Positions 28,269 through 38,026 of a stretch of DNA of 60,723 nt are shown in pieces. A program made the translations under genes and the position numbers. Numbering within the stretch: the stretch's first letter is position 1; the number at the start of each line of letters is the position of its first letter. Origin of the DNA: a virus; IMG/VR virus record IMGVR_UViG_3300048861_000143, positions 89,078-149,800 of that record. The stretch is one strand, 5' to 3'. Under the pieces are notes generated by a model that was not told the origin of the DNA, ran no database searches, and saw only the letters and a list, made by a program, of their open reading frames with translations.

Positions 28269-30121
28269 TGCGGCGTCCCGTTCGCATCCTACTCGCCATG
28301 GTCGCCTGGATCGGAATTCCGCTCCTTTTTGCGGAGGCCATCGCGTCCGTCGTAACCGTCGTCCTCCTGTTCGGCTTGAAAGCGGTGAGATTGCCGTGGT
28401 GGGGCTGGTGCTTCGGCTGGGCCTATTACCGGTGGTACTATCCGCGCGATGCGGATGTTCTCTGGTCCTCCAAGCTTGGGGCCTTCGCTGGCCTGCCAAT
28501 TGCGGTGGTCATGGCAGGTGGGCTCGCTCTGGTCCTCTTCACTCGACGAAAACCCGACCTGCGAGAGCAGACGAATCCTGAGGAGGCACCACACGAAGTT
28601 CGCCGGGCGAACTCGTCATTGCATGGCAGCGCCAGGTGGCTTGAGCCACACGAAGCCAAGCAAGCTTTCCGGCAGCCCGATGAGGAGCTCGGCTACATCC
28701 CGATTGCGGAGCTCTACCGCGTCGACAAGGATCGGTCAGCTGGCCGGGTGTTTGACGAGCTTGACCCGAGCACATGGGGGAAGGGTGGCACGGCCGAGTT
28801 GCTGAAGGATCCCCTCACGCGCGGGCGGGCTAACATGGGGATCGTAATCGCAGGGTCAGGATCAGGAAAGACGGCCGCTTTCACGGTTCCCGCTTGCCTG
28901 AGCTACCGAGGATCGATGATCGTGAATGATCCCTCCGGGGCTGTGTCCGAAATGACCAGGGACTTCCGGGAATCCCTGGGGCATACCGTGGTTGTCATAG
29001 ACGGCCGCACTCCAACCGTGGCCTTCAATGCTCTGCACCACATTGACATCACGTCACGCACAGCGCCGCTCTTAATCAAGAACATCGTCCATGACGCCAG
29101 CAAGCCGCTGAAAGCAGACGCCGGCGATAAAGACCGGTTCTTCAAGCCGAAGGCCCTGCAGTTCGGAGCAGCCGTGCTTGCGGACCTGCTCTATGACCCT
29201 TCTCTGCCAGCCAAGCAAAAGACGCTCCGGGAATGGCGGCGCCGGTTGGTGATCCCGCAGCGCGAGGCTAAGGACGTGCTCGCCAGGATCTATGCAAAAA
29301 GCAGCAGCGATTATGCCCGCGAGGTCGCCGGCGAGTTGATGGAAACCCATCCTGAGTCGCTGTCTGGCGTGCTCGGGCAGCAAACAGCCGATACCGAATG
29401 GTTGTCGATCCCGACATTTGCGGACCTTCTGTCGGAAGATTCATTCGATCCCAGCGAGTTGTGCCGCGGCAAATGCACGGTCTACACCCAGTTCGATACC
29501 AACGATCTCCAGTCCGACCCGTCAGTTGCTCGCGTGGCTATCGGAACTCTGATGCGCGCCGTCATGGCAGCAAAAGGGCGCGTCACCACTCCGGTCCCGG
29601 TCATCATCGATGAGATGTACCAGCTGAAGTACATGGCGATCCTGGAGATCGTGAGGGATGAGGGTCGAAAGTACAACATGCCCCTGTTTCCGATGTGGCA
29701 GTCCGAGCAGCAAATCGAAGAGGTCTGGGGGAGGTCTGGCAGCAAGTCCGGCAAGAAGGCGTGGTTCGCCAGCGCATCATGGCGAATGTACCTGCGCGTC
29801 GATGACCTCGAGACGGCAAAGGAGTTGTCGGAGTTGTCCGGTTCCTACACTGGCCTTGCCCCTTCCCAAGGGGACTCGACCAGTCGGCCCTGGTCCGCTC
29901 TCTCGCCCTCGAGCGCCACACGGGGCCGGACCAGCAATCTCGCACTGACCAAAGTCGCCTTGGCCGACCCATCGCAGATACGGACTGGCTTCCGGGGCGA
30001 TGAGGCGATGCTGATCATCAAGGGTCAGCACCCAGCCCGCTTGGGCGTGCCGTACTACTACCGACGGCCGGAGATGCTCGCCCTTGTGAACCCCGATCCA
30101 ACAAGACTCGAAGCAGCCTAA
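28268..30121 (+). CDS. virD4: VirD4/TraG coupling protein
   Basis: N-terminal TMs, LHGSARW, AGSGSGKT, DPSG, IIDEM, EGRKY, WQS..QI. Confidence 0.9.
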   Translation: MRRPVRILLAMVAWIGIPLLFAEAIASVVTVVLLFGLKAVRLPWWGWCFGWAYYRWYYPRDADVLWSSKLGAFAGLPIAVVMAGGLALVLFTRRKPDLREQTNPEEAPHEVRRANSSLHGSARWLEPHEAKQAFRQPDEELGYIPIAELYRVDKDRSAGRVFDELDPSTWGKGGTAELLKDPLTRGRANMGIVIAGSGSGKTAAFTVPACLSYRGSMIVNDPSGAVSEMTRDFRESLGHTVVVIDGRTPTVAFNALHHIDITSRTAPLLIKNIVHDASKPLKADAGDKDRFFKPKALQFGAAVLADLLYDPSLPAKQKTLREWRRRLVIPQREAKDVLARIYAKSSSDYAREVAGELMETHPESLSGVLGQQTADTEWLSIPTFADLLSEDSFDPSELCRGKCTVYTQFDTNDLQSDPSVARVAIGTLMRAVMAAKGRVTTPVPVIIDEMYQLKYMAILEIVRDEGRKYNMPLFPMWQSEQQIEEVWGRSGSKSGKKAWFASASWRMYLRVDDLETAKELSELSGSYTGLAPSQGDSTSRPWSALSPSSATRGRTSNLALTKVALADPSQIRTGFRGDEAMLIIKGQHPARLGVPYYYRRPEMLALVNPDPTRLEAA

Positions 30122-30138
30122 AAGAGGAGCTAGCACGC

Positions 30139-30681
30139 ATGACAAAGACTCCAGTCGAGGCCACCCCGACGCCACCGATGGCTCACCTCTCCCCACCTCC
30201 AGAGGCGGTCGTCGCAGCCCTGAATACTCTCAGGAGTGAATGCGGCACGTGGTCGCAGCAGCCCCTGCCAAACCACCCGGACGCAAGCCCAAAAACGTAT
30301 GACTTCACCGCGGAAGGCACAGCCTGCCAGGTGGCGCAGGATTACCAGCGATTCAGCAAGAGCATTGAAGGCGGGATGATATTCTTCGGTATCACGCTCG
30401 CCCTTATCGCAGCCTTGATGGTGACCCTGCTCCCCCGGCGACTCAACGTCCGAAGCGGGTGGAGTTGGGCGGCGTTCGCGGGCCGTTGTTTAGCAATCGG
30501 CTTTTGCGCGTTTATTGCGGGTGTCGTCGTGTCGGCTGTGTCGTCATTGTCAACTCCTAACGACGCACTCTCCTACTCTGCGCCACTTTTTCTTGCGCTT
30601 TTGTTCGTGCTGCTTTCAGCGGCGCTTGGACTGGTGATGTCAGACGCTTTCCACCAGATCCGGGCCCGGGTCCCATGCTGA
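30139..30681 (+). CDS. membrane protein (3 TM)
   Basis: SD GAGGAG; three hydrophobic segments. Confidence 0.55.
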   Translation: MTKTPVEATPTPPMAHLSPPPEAVVAALNTLRSECGTWSQQPLPNHPDASPKTYDFTAEGTACQVAQDYQRFSKSIEGGMIFFGITLALIAALMVTLLPRRLNVRSGWSWAAFAGRCLAIGFCAFIAGVVVSAVSSLSTPNDALSYSAPLFLALLFVLLSAALGLVMSDAFHQIRARVPC

Positions 30682-32948
30682 TGAGATGGAGGGCGAGCCT
30701 TGTGCTCGCATCTCTTGCAGCATCCTCAAGCGCAGCGATTGCCGCGAGCATCGAGCAAGGATCCTTGGGCGGAATGCCCTACCAGATTGAGCTTCCGAAC
30801 GACGGGTGTTCGCAGACTTCGCCCTGCCAGGTGGTCACCTATTTCCACTTCCTGGGAGCCACACCCTCCGACGTAACCAGTGACCTCCAGAACTACTTCG
30901 GCGAATCATTCATGGCGGCCCATCCACACACGATCGTGGTTGCGCCGGAATTGCTTAACAGCAGTGCGACGAACAACTGGGGCGGGGTGCAGCCTGGGGT
31001 GTCCAGCGGGATGCAGCAGGCCGTGGCCATCGTCCAGTCGGTGATGTCCAAGTATCCGACGAACTCCAAGGATGTCATAGCAACCGGCGGTAGCATGGGC
31101 GGCTATGGAACTGAGTCGGCGCTGGTCAACTTCGGACCGAATGGCCTTTCCGGCCAGCACATTTTCACCGGCGGCGTGGCCTATGACGGGGGGGATCAAA
31201 TCGACTCTCCGGAAGTGCTCAAGAAAACCCTGTGCGGCGTTCCGCTCTCCATCCAACACGGGGGGGCGGACCCGACGGTGCCGGTTCAGTTCGACCAGCG
31301 GGTGGTATCGGCGCTCTCCGGGTGCGCTAATTTCTCGTACACGGAGATCCCTGGAGCAGGGCACGGCACCTGGGGGGACGCCTACAAGAATGGGACTCAG
31401 ATCTCGTCCGTCATGGGCGAGGTGAACGGCCAAAAAGTCCCCGCCAACACCGGCAGCAGCAATGACACAACCAAGCTCATGCCGGCGGTCACTGCCGCCC
31501 GGGCCACGTGCACGGCAAACCTGCCTAGCGTCCCCGGCCCTGCAAATCCGGCCCTCCTCCCGGCCGGATATCTGTCAACCAAGGGGAATCAGTACGTCAG
31601 CTCAGAAGGGTCTCAGGTCCGGATAGCAAGCGTCGGATGGAACCAGGGCTTCGACAGCCCCGCCGCGTCTTTGCTCGCCATCAAGTCGGCGGGCTTCAAT
31701 GCCGTCCGAGTCTCGTGGGTCAATGCGACCATGGAAGATGACCTCCGGAGGATCGACGGTATCGTCGGCGCCGCCGGCCTTTTGGGCATCAAGGTCATCC
31801 TGGACAACCACACCAACGAGCCGGGCCATGGCCCGCAAGACAACTGGGGAGCTCAGCAGAAGAATGGTCTCTGGTACGACGTCGGCGGTGCATCGGATGG
31901 AACCGACGGCGGGGGAAACCGGGGCACCGTCACCAGCGAGAAGTTCACTGAGGACTGGGTGTCATTCGCTAAGCACTACGCAGGAAATCCTACCGTCATA
32001 GGGTTCGACGTCAGGAACGAGCCACTCGAGTATGCGAATGCGTCATCGTGGGGCGACGGGAACCCTGATACCGATATTCGAATGATGTATGAGCGGGTCG
32101 GCGCGGCGATCCAGGCAGTCAATCCAGACGTGTTGATCATTGTCGAAGGGCCGCAGAACTACTCGACAAACGCCCCTTGGGGCGACCTAACCGGGGTGGC
32201 CACCGCACCGGTAAGGCTGCCAATCCCGAACAAGCTGGTCTATTCCGTGCACGACTACCCACTCGAGATTTCAGGCTGGTCACCGGACAATGGCCCCCAG
32301 AAGGTGGCCATGATGAATCGCGACTGGGGCTGGATCGTGAAGCAGAACATTGCTCCAGTTTGGGTCGGCGAGATGGGCAGCTCGCTGGCTAACTCGGATG
32401 CTCTGGCCTGGGCACAGACGCTCACCGACTACATGAACGGCAAGCTGGGCTCGCAGGGCGGCCCTACGTTCACTGGCGACCAGCAACCCATCTCTGGCGA
32501 CTGGTGGGCCTGGGGGAACCTTCCCGGCCAGTTCCCGGATGGCACGCTCGATGACTCCGGGCAACTCAAGCAGGACCAGCAGTTGGTCTGGTCTCAGATC
32601 CTGTTCGTCCCCATGAACGGCCAGGTCCGATGCGAGGAGGCTGCGGGCGGGCTTTCCAACACGGACATCGGCATCACGATCTCGACCGGCACTGATCCGT
32701 CGGACGTGCAAGACGCCACGGCGTCGACCGACAGTCAGCCCACGTCCACTATCAACGCGGCGGCGTCCAATCGAACGTCTCCTCTGCTCGCGCAGACCGC
32801 CGACCGAACCAACACTGCCCCCAGCAAGGCCTGGGCATCATCCGAGGTCACCAGCACGCCCTGGCGCTCCTCACTCCCCGGAGCGGACACAGCGCAGGGT
32901 TCTCAGGGGAATAGCTCAGGCGCCGGCGTGTTCAGCGCCCAATGGTAG
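30675..32948 (+). CDS. secreted alpha/beta-hydrolase (esterase) + GH5 glycoside hydrolase fusion
   Basis: Signal peptide; GGSMGG, HGGADPTV and GAGH triad motifs; GH5 motifs GFNAVR, ILDNH, RNEP, VHDY, GEMG, WWAW; Ser/Thr-rich tail. Confidence 0.85.
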   Translation: MLMRWRASLVLASLAASSSAAIAASIEQGSLGGMPYQIELPNDGCSQTSPCQVVTYFHFLGATPSDVTSDLQNYFGESFMAAHPHTIVVAPELLNSSATNNWGGVQPGVSSGMQQAVAIVQSVMSKYPTNSKDVIATGGSMGGYGTESALVNFGPNGLSGQHIFTGGVAYDGGDQIDSPEVLKKTLCGVPLSIQHGGADPTVPVQFDQRVVSALSGCANFSYTEIPGAGHGTWGDAYKNGTQISSVMGEVNGQKVPANTGSSNDTTKLMPAVTAARATCTANLPSVPGPANPALLPAGYLSTKGNQYVSSEGSQVRIASVGWNQGFDSPAASLLAIKSAGFNAVRVSWVNATMEDDLRRIDGIVGAAGLLGIKVILDNHTNEPGHGPQDNWGAQQKNGLWYDVGGASDGTDGGGNRGTVTSEKFTEDWVSFAKHYAGNPTVIGFDVRNEPLEYANASSWGDGNPDTDIRMMYERVGAAIQAVNPDVLIIVEGPQNYSTNAPWGDLTGVATAPVRLPIPNKLVYSVHDYPLEISGWSPDNGPQKVAMMNRDWGWIVKQNIAPVWVGEMGSSLANSDALAWAQTLTDYMNGKLGSQGGPTFTGDQQPISGDWWAWGNLPGQFPDGTLDDSGQLKQDQQLVWSQILFVPMNGQVRCEEAAGGLSNTDIGITISTGTDPSDVQDATASTDSQPTSTINAAASNRTSPLLAQTADRTNTAPSKAWASSEVTSTPWRSSLPGADTAQGSQGNSSGAGVFSAQW

Positions 32949-32956
32949 GGGATACC

Positions 32957-32979
32957 CGGGAACTTCTCGTTCCCGGGCC
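32957..32979. terminator. hairpin between convergent genes
   Basis: CCCGGGAAC-TTCTC-GTTCCCGGG. Confidence 0.5.
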
Positions 32980-32994
32980 TAGCCAGGACCCCCG

Positions 32995-33417
32995 TTAGAC
33001 AGCCAGGGCCACGACTGTGGACTGGCTGTCCTCTTTTGCGGTGGCATCCTTGCCGTCACGGCACCGGCCGTTCAGCATGCTCACAACCGGCCAGTAGACC
33101 TTCCGGCTCTCTCGAGTCATCGGGGCCGGGCCCGCGTGAATGCAGAGCCCGCTCTGATCCCACCATTCGCCGCTGAGCCCATACCGGTAGTGGGGCTGAA
33201 GCGGCTTCCCCCCGGGCTGATAAAAGAAGGCGCAGACCCGACACGGGACCGGAGAGATCTCAGTGTCTCCGAGGGAACAACGATCCTCGTCGGCAACCTC
33301 CGGCCAGTAGGTGATCTCGATCTTCTCACCCGGCCCTGGCGTGGGGCCTCTCAGGTGGCAGAGGCGCGTCACCTGATCTCGGGCAGCGCAGGCTGCGCAG
33401 CTCTCCGCTAGGGCCAT
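32995..33417 (-). CDS. Cys-rich protein with a duplicated CxxC...C...WPxV...C module
   Basis: Two repeats visible; starts 1 nt after the relaxase stop. Confidence 0.6.
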   Translation of the reverse strand: MALAESCAACAARDQVTRLCHLRGPTPGPGEKIEITYWPEVADEDRCSLGDTEISPVPCRVCAFFYQPGGKPLQPHYRYGLSGEWWDQSGLCIHAGPAPMTRESRKVYWPVVSMLNGRCRDGKDATAKEDSQSTVVALAV

Positions 33418-33418
33418 C

Positions 33419-36400
33419 CTAAGCTCCCAGACCGGGCGGCGCTGGCCTCGTATTAGGCGCCTGACGCTGCGACTCCTGCTGCCGGCGCTGCATATCCTGC
33501 GAGCGCTGGGCTTGGTCCTGGCGCTTCTGGGCGGCCTGCCTCATGGCATCCTCCCGCCGCGACTGGGTGATGGTGCTCTTGCGCTCGACGTTTGCCTGAT
33601 CAGGCATCTTGATCCCCTTCGCTTCAAAGGCTGCACGTACGGCCATGCGCTGCTTCGCCATATCGGCTCCGCCGTGATCGAGCGCATAGTCCTTCCAGTC
33701 GGTGCCTTTGTCCCCCGGCTGGAAATCTGGGGTTACGACCGTGCCGCCCGTGAGGCTGGCCGCCTTGGTCGCTTTCTCGATGCCCTCATTCGGCCGGGGC
33801 ATGAGACGGTGTTCGGCGAACACCCTGACCTCATAGCGGGCGCCGGGCGCCTGCCCTGGAACGACAATCGCGGTCCCAGCTTGGTCCATCCCGCGCGCCG
33901 CGGTCTGCCACTCGGGCATTCCGGCCAGGCGGTACTGCACCGTGTTCCCTTTATGCGCGTCGCCGGTCACGCCCGCCTTCCACGCATACCGAATCGTGCC
34001 GGTCTCATCCGCGATGACGCTGGCAGTTACCCCGGGCAGGTGGTGGTCGTTGTCGCTGGCGTAGATGAGCGGGCGATCCGGTTCGGCCCGGCGCGTCGCC
34101 ACACCGACGTGCACCATATTTGCCGAGTCAAAGGTCACACGGGTGGATAGAGCCGTCGAAGTTCTCAGAGCATCGCCTGTCGCGAGGCCCTCTACTAGGA
34201 CCCGGGCTTCTGTTGGAGACGCTGGCTCGCCCAAATCAAAGAACAGCCCCTGCTTGCGTCCCGGCAAGTAGAACTTGTCGCCTCTGGCGTTGATCGTCTG
34301 GAGATTCCAGATCTTGCCGTTGATATCCATCATCGGGACGAGCAGCCGCCCTCCGATGTTCATCGTGCGCCCCTCGGTCATGGTCGCCGTCATCCCGGCC
34401 GGCGCGATGCGCGTGCCGTGCGTGTCGGCCATCTTGCGCGTGAGATAGGGGTGGCTCTTGGCCGGGCGGCTGGCATTCCAGATGCGCAGCGCCTGAATGG
34501 CGCCGTCCTCCTCCCGCTGACGCTGAGCGTTCAAAGCCTGCTCCCGAGCTCGTCGCTTCTCGAGGTCCAGGCGCTGACGCTCCTCCGGCGTCAGGATGCG
34601 CCCTTCAACCTTCGCTGCCGTCCAGGTGATCCGTTCGTTGGTCGCGTGGTTCACAGCCCACCCGCCCAGACCGTTCTCCGAAAGGAAGTAGGATCCCCGC
34701 TTGCTGCCCTTCTTCGCGCCTATGGTCGAAACGTAGTGGATGCGCCCGTCAGCGATCGGGTGACTGACGCCGCGCTCGTTCAGCATCAGTCCTATCGCGT
34801 CTAGCTTGCGCGAGAACTCGGCGCGCGCCTCAGCTTGCGTCATGGTCGGTGCTTCCTGCTTCTGGCGAGGCGCCCTGGTCGGCTTCGCCTTTCTGGATGG
34901 CCTTGGTGTTTTGGCGATCTGCTCCGCGGCCTTCCGCACGGCCGCCTGGTGGACGAGCAGCGCGTTCACCGCGCGCTGGGCCGGCTCCTGCGCCGCGGCC
35001 TCGGCTTGGCGGCGCTTGTAGGCCCCCCGCCCCGTCTGCCCTTGCGCACGCCGATACCAGGATGCGCGCATGGCATCGACGGTGCCGGCATGGAGGTCTC
35101 GGGCCTTGTCCTCGAAATCGGTCGCTAGGGTCTTCTCGTCCTGCCGAGAGAGGTTCCGCGCCATGTTCTGGAGGATGGCCTCGTTGACCGCGGCGGGCCG
35201 CTTGTCGTCGTTTCTCGGGTCATTCAGCGGCCGGCGATCAATGATCTCCTGCTGCTCCATCCCTTGGCTTGTGATGATGTAGCTGCGCTGGCGGTTGCGA
35301 GAGTCGCTCGTGTAGGCCTTGTACGCGTTCACGGTCGAACTGCCGCCCGGCATGACGGTGATGTGGTCCGTGTTCGTGTCGCCCTGGCGCGAGTCGATCG
35401 TCAGCGCGTAGCCGTATGTGAGCATGATGCGCCCGTTCCGCTGGCTGCGCAGGCTTCCCCATGAGACGGTCATCTCCCGGCCATCATCGCGGCGAACGGT
35501 CATCCCGGACGCCGGATCGATCGACGCAACCTCTACAGTGGTTCCGTTGTACCCAAACGACCCGTCTTCGTTCTTGAGTTCCCGGAACAGGCGCACCCGG
35601 TCCCCAGGCGAGACCTCCAGGCTGAAAGACAAGCCCGTCTGGTCCGTCGCCTCGAGCTCGACCGTGGTTCCGACCGGCGTGCCGGCTGCGGCCGCGCGCG
35701 CGAGGCGCCGACGGCGAACTTCCTGACCGATCGCCCGTGCATCGGAGTTAGTCGGAACGCTGATCGCGACCGTGGCCTTGGGGTCATTCGCCCTGGCGGC
35801 CACCCGTTCTTCCCAGCGATCAACGCCGGCCCGGATCGCGTGCTCGTATCCGCCAGGCACAATCTCCAGCAGGCCTGCGGCAAGCTTGCGGTCGAGCGCG
35901 GTCCGGGCGGCGGACTCCTTCCCCTCCCGGAACATCAATGACGTGAGGCGGTCTTCCTCGTTTTCCTGCCGAACGGTCTCGAGGATCTCGGGAACTTCGG
36001 TGGCGCCCAGCGCTCGCCGCATCAGCTTCACCGTCGATCCGGCGTCTATGCTCTGGCACTGCAGGTCGTCGCCAAATCCGGCGATCTTGAAGCCGAATTG
36101 CTTCCGGAACTGGCTGAGCTTGAGAACCTGACGTGTCCCGACCTGAGCAATCTCGTCAACGAACACGATCGTCTTGTTGTCAGGCTTGATGTAGCCGCGT
36201 TCCACCCCGTGCAGGAACTTGGTCAACGCGAAGGTGTCTGACTTCTCGAGTCGGGCGTCCTCATAGACCTTGGTGTCGGCTTCCTTCTTCCGGGCCGGCT
36301 TCCGCTTCCCGACACCGGTATCGCCCAGGGCAGCGGCCTGACGCCACGCAACGGTCGTGCCCATCGTCCGGTAACCGAGCGAATGCGCCGCCTCAGCGAG

Positions 36401-38011
36401 AACGCTGAGCACAACGCCCTTCCCAGCACCCGCGACCCCAATGCCCACCGTCGCCGCACCAGCTGCGCCCAGGCGCTTCGCCATCTCGAGCTGCGCCAGG
36501 CCCTGCTCATTTGTGAAGTCGTAGCCGCGCTCTCTGGTCAGCTTCTCCGCGGCGGCCTCGATGATTTCGGCTGGAATAGCGAGGCTGAAGTCGGCCGCCG
36601 CCTCCCGCAGCAGATCGATCGCCTCGCGCTCCTGTGCCACGTGGAGCCCGGTCGTGAACTGAGCCCATTTCTTGTCCTGATACCGCCCCCACTTCAGGTT
36701 CGTCTTGCGGCCGTCCTGCAGCACACCCTCGGTCCGGTAAGCCTTGGTGACCCTGTCGATCTCCTTGATCGACTGCAGGCCCCACTGGATGAAGCCAATC
36801 GCTGCAGCCTCACGCGCGATCGCGCCTTCAAATACCCCGCGGCGCTCCAATTCCGGCGCCAGGATGGGCAGAGAGGTCTCGTAGGCACCCTGCTGCCGGA
36901 TTTCGGCCGAAGGCATCTCCTGGATGTCGTCAGGCCTCAGCACGGATCGGTGCTCGTATCCGGCGTCCTGGGCCTGCTGCATCCAAGCCTCGAAGTCGGG
37001 CGGCCCCTCCTTCGCTTGCCTGCCCAGCGTCGCGCCCGTCTTCAGCAGCCTGATACGCTGCTCAGGGGAAAGCGTCGCCCAGTCGATGCCGCGATCGGCT
37101 GCGAACTTGCGGGCAGCCTCCTCACCGTTCGCGCTCCGCTTGCTGTAGTGCTCCTCGAGCCAGCGGGGTATCGCAGTCAGCCTTCCGCGCCTCGCATGGA
37201 TCGACTTCGTGGTGTCGCTGTCCGCTTCCCACTCAACGCCGTCCTTGCGCAGCTCCACGCCCAGGTATGCCTGAAACACGGCGCCGATCTCGAGCACCCG
37301 TTCGTGCATACGCATCAGGTGGAGAGAGGTAACCCTGCCTTTGTCTGTGACCACGGCGTTTGGGACGATGACGTGGGCATGCCGGTGCGGGTCTCCGACC
37401 ACCTTGATCGCCGCGATCTCGGTAGCGTCCTGACCATCGACCTGCTTCGGGATCATCGTGGTCGGGCGAGCGGAGAAGTGGTGGAAAGCGGCCCAGGCTA
37501 CGTGGCCTTTCTCGTGCCCATCCCTGCCACCCTTCCCTTTCCGCGCAACCCCAATGATCCCCTCTACGTCGACCATGACCCGGTCGAGCGCCCGGCGAAA
37601 AGCCAAGTCGAGCTTCGCCCTCTCCCGCTCCGTCTGAGCCAGGGCCAAGGCTACGCTGAACGATTTCGGCGCCTGGAATGCCAGGTCAATATAGGCCGTG
37701 CGGACCTTGTCCTGCGTATTGCGCTGGATCTGCTTCCCTGGGATCCGAGCGCCATCCGTCCGGTTCCCCATAAGCAGGTTCGCGATCTGCTCCTTGGTCA
37801 GCCCCTTGCTCGGATCAATCCCCAGCTTCTCGGCCAGGAGCGGATGCATGTCCTGCCGCGGCACGCCCGCGACCAGGGCCGCCATCTCCTCGTCGTAGTA
37901 CGCGGCAAGCTTCTGCGCGAGTTCATGCTGATTGGCTTCGTCGGTCAGGTAGGTGGCCATCGCCATGGCGGGCGAAGCCGTCGTCGCAGCCGCAACCTTG
38001 AAAGTCAGCAT
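33419..38011 (-). CDS. MOBF (TrwC-like) relaxase - SF1 helicase - Toprim primase fusion
   Basis: AAYYD, DLAFQAPKSFSV, H..ARP, GDPHRHAH; helicase GVAGAGKG, VDE, GD..Q, YALTIDSRQG; primase HPYL.RK, LLVPM...NLQ.I, VEGLATG, SDND, TDW.D. Confidence 0.9.
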   Translation of the reverse strand: MLTFKVAAATTASPAMAMATYLTDEANQHELAQKLAAYYDEEMAALVAGVPRQDMHPLLAEKLGIDPSKGLTKEQIANLLMGNRTDGARIPGKQIQRNTQDKVRTAYIDLAFQAPKSFSVALALAQTERERAKLDLAFRRALDRVMVDVEGIIGVARKGKGGRDGHEKGHVAWAAFHHFSARPTTMIPKQVDGQDATEIAAIKVVGDPHRHAHVIVPNAVVTDKGRVTSLHLMRMHERVLEIGAVFQAYLGVELRKDGVEWEADSDTTKSIHARRGRLTAIPRWLEEHYSKRSANGEEAARKFAADRGIDWATLSPEQRIRLLKTGATLGRQAKEGPPDFEAWMQQAQDAGYEHRSVLRPDDIQEMPSAEIRQQGAYETSLPILAPELERRGVFEGAIAREAAAIGFIQWGLQSIKEIDRVTKAYRTEGVLQDGRKTNLKWGRYQDKKWAQFTTGLHVAQEREAIDLLREAAADFSLAIPAEIIEAAAEKLTRERGYDFTNEQGLAQLEMAKRLGAAGAATVGIGVAGAGKGVVLSVLAEAAHSLGYRTMGTTVAWRQAAALGDTGVGKRKPARKKEADTKVYEDARLEKSDTFALTKFLHGVERGYIKPDNKTIVFVDEIAQVGTRQVLKLSQFRKQFGFKIAGFGDDLQCQSIDAGSTVKLMRRALGATEVPEILETVRQENEEDRLTSLMFREGKESAARTALDRKLAAGLLEIVPGGYEHAIRAGVDRWEERVAARANDPKATVAISVPTNSDARAIGQEVRRRRLARAAAAGTPVGTTVELEATDQTGLSFSLEVSPGDRVRLFRELKNEDGSFGYNGTTVEVASIDPASGMTVRRDDGREMTVSWGSLRSQRNGRIMLTYGYALTIDSRQGDTNTDHITVMPGGSSTVNAYKAYTSDSRNRQRSYIITSQGMEQQEIIDRRPLNDPRNDDKRPAAVNEAILQNMARNLSRQDEKTLATDFEDKARDLHAGTVDAMRASWYRRAQGQTGRGAYKRRQAEAAAQEPAQRAVNALLVHQAAVRKAAEQIAKTPRPSRKAKPTRAPRQKQEAPTMTQAEARAEFSRKLDAIGLMLNERGVSHPIADGRIHYVSTIGAKKGSKRGSYFLSENGLGGWAVNHATNERITWTAAKVEGRILTPEERQRLDLEKRRAREQALNAQRQREEDGAIQALRIWNASRPAKSHPYLTRKMADTHGTRIAPAGMTATMTEGRTMNIGGRLLVPMMDINGKIWNLQTINARGDKFYLPGRKQGLFFDLGEPASPTEARVLVEGLATGDALRTSTALSTRVTFDSANMVHVGVATRRAEPDRPLIYASDNDHHLPGVTASVIADETGTIRYAWKAGVTGDAHKGNTVQYRLAGMPEWQTAARGMDQAGTAIVVPGQAPGARYEVRVFAEHRLMPRPNEGIEKATKAASLTGGTVVTPDFQPGDKGTDWKDYALDHGGADMAKQRMAVRAAFEAKGIKMPDQANVERKSTITQSRREDAMRQAAQKRQDQAQRSQDMQRRQQESQRQAPNTRPAPPGLGA

Positions 38012-38026
38012 GTCGCCGTGTCGCGA

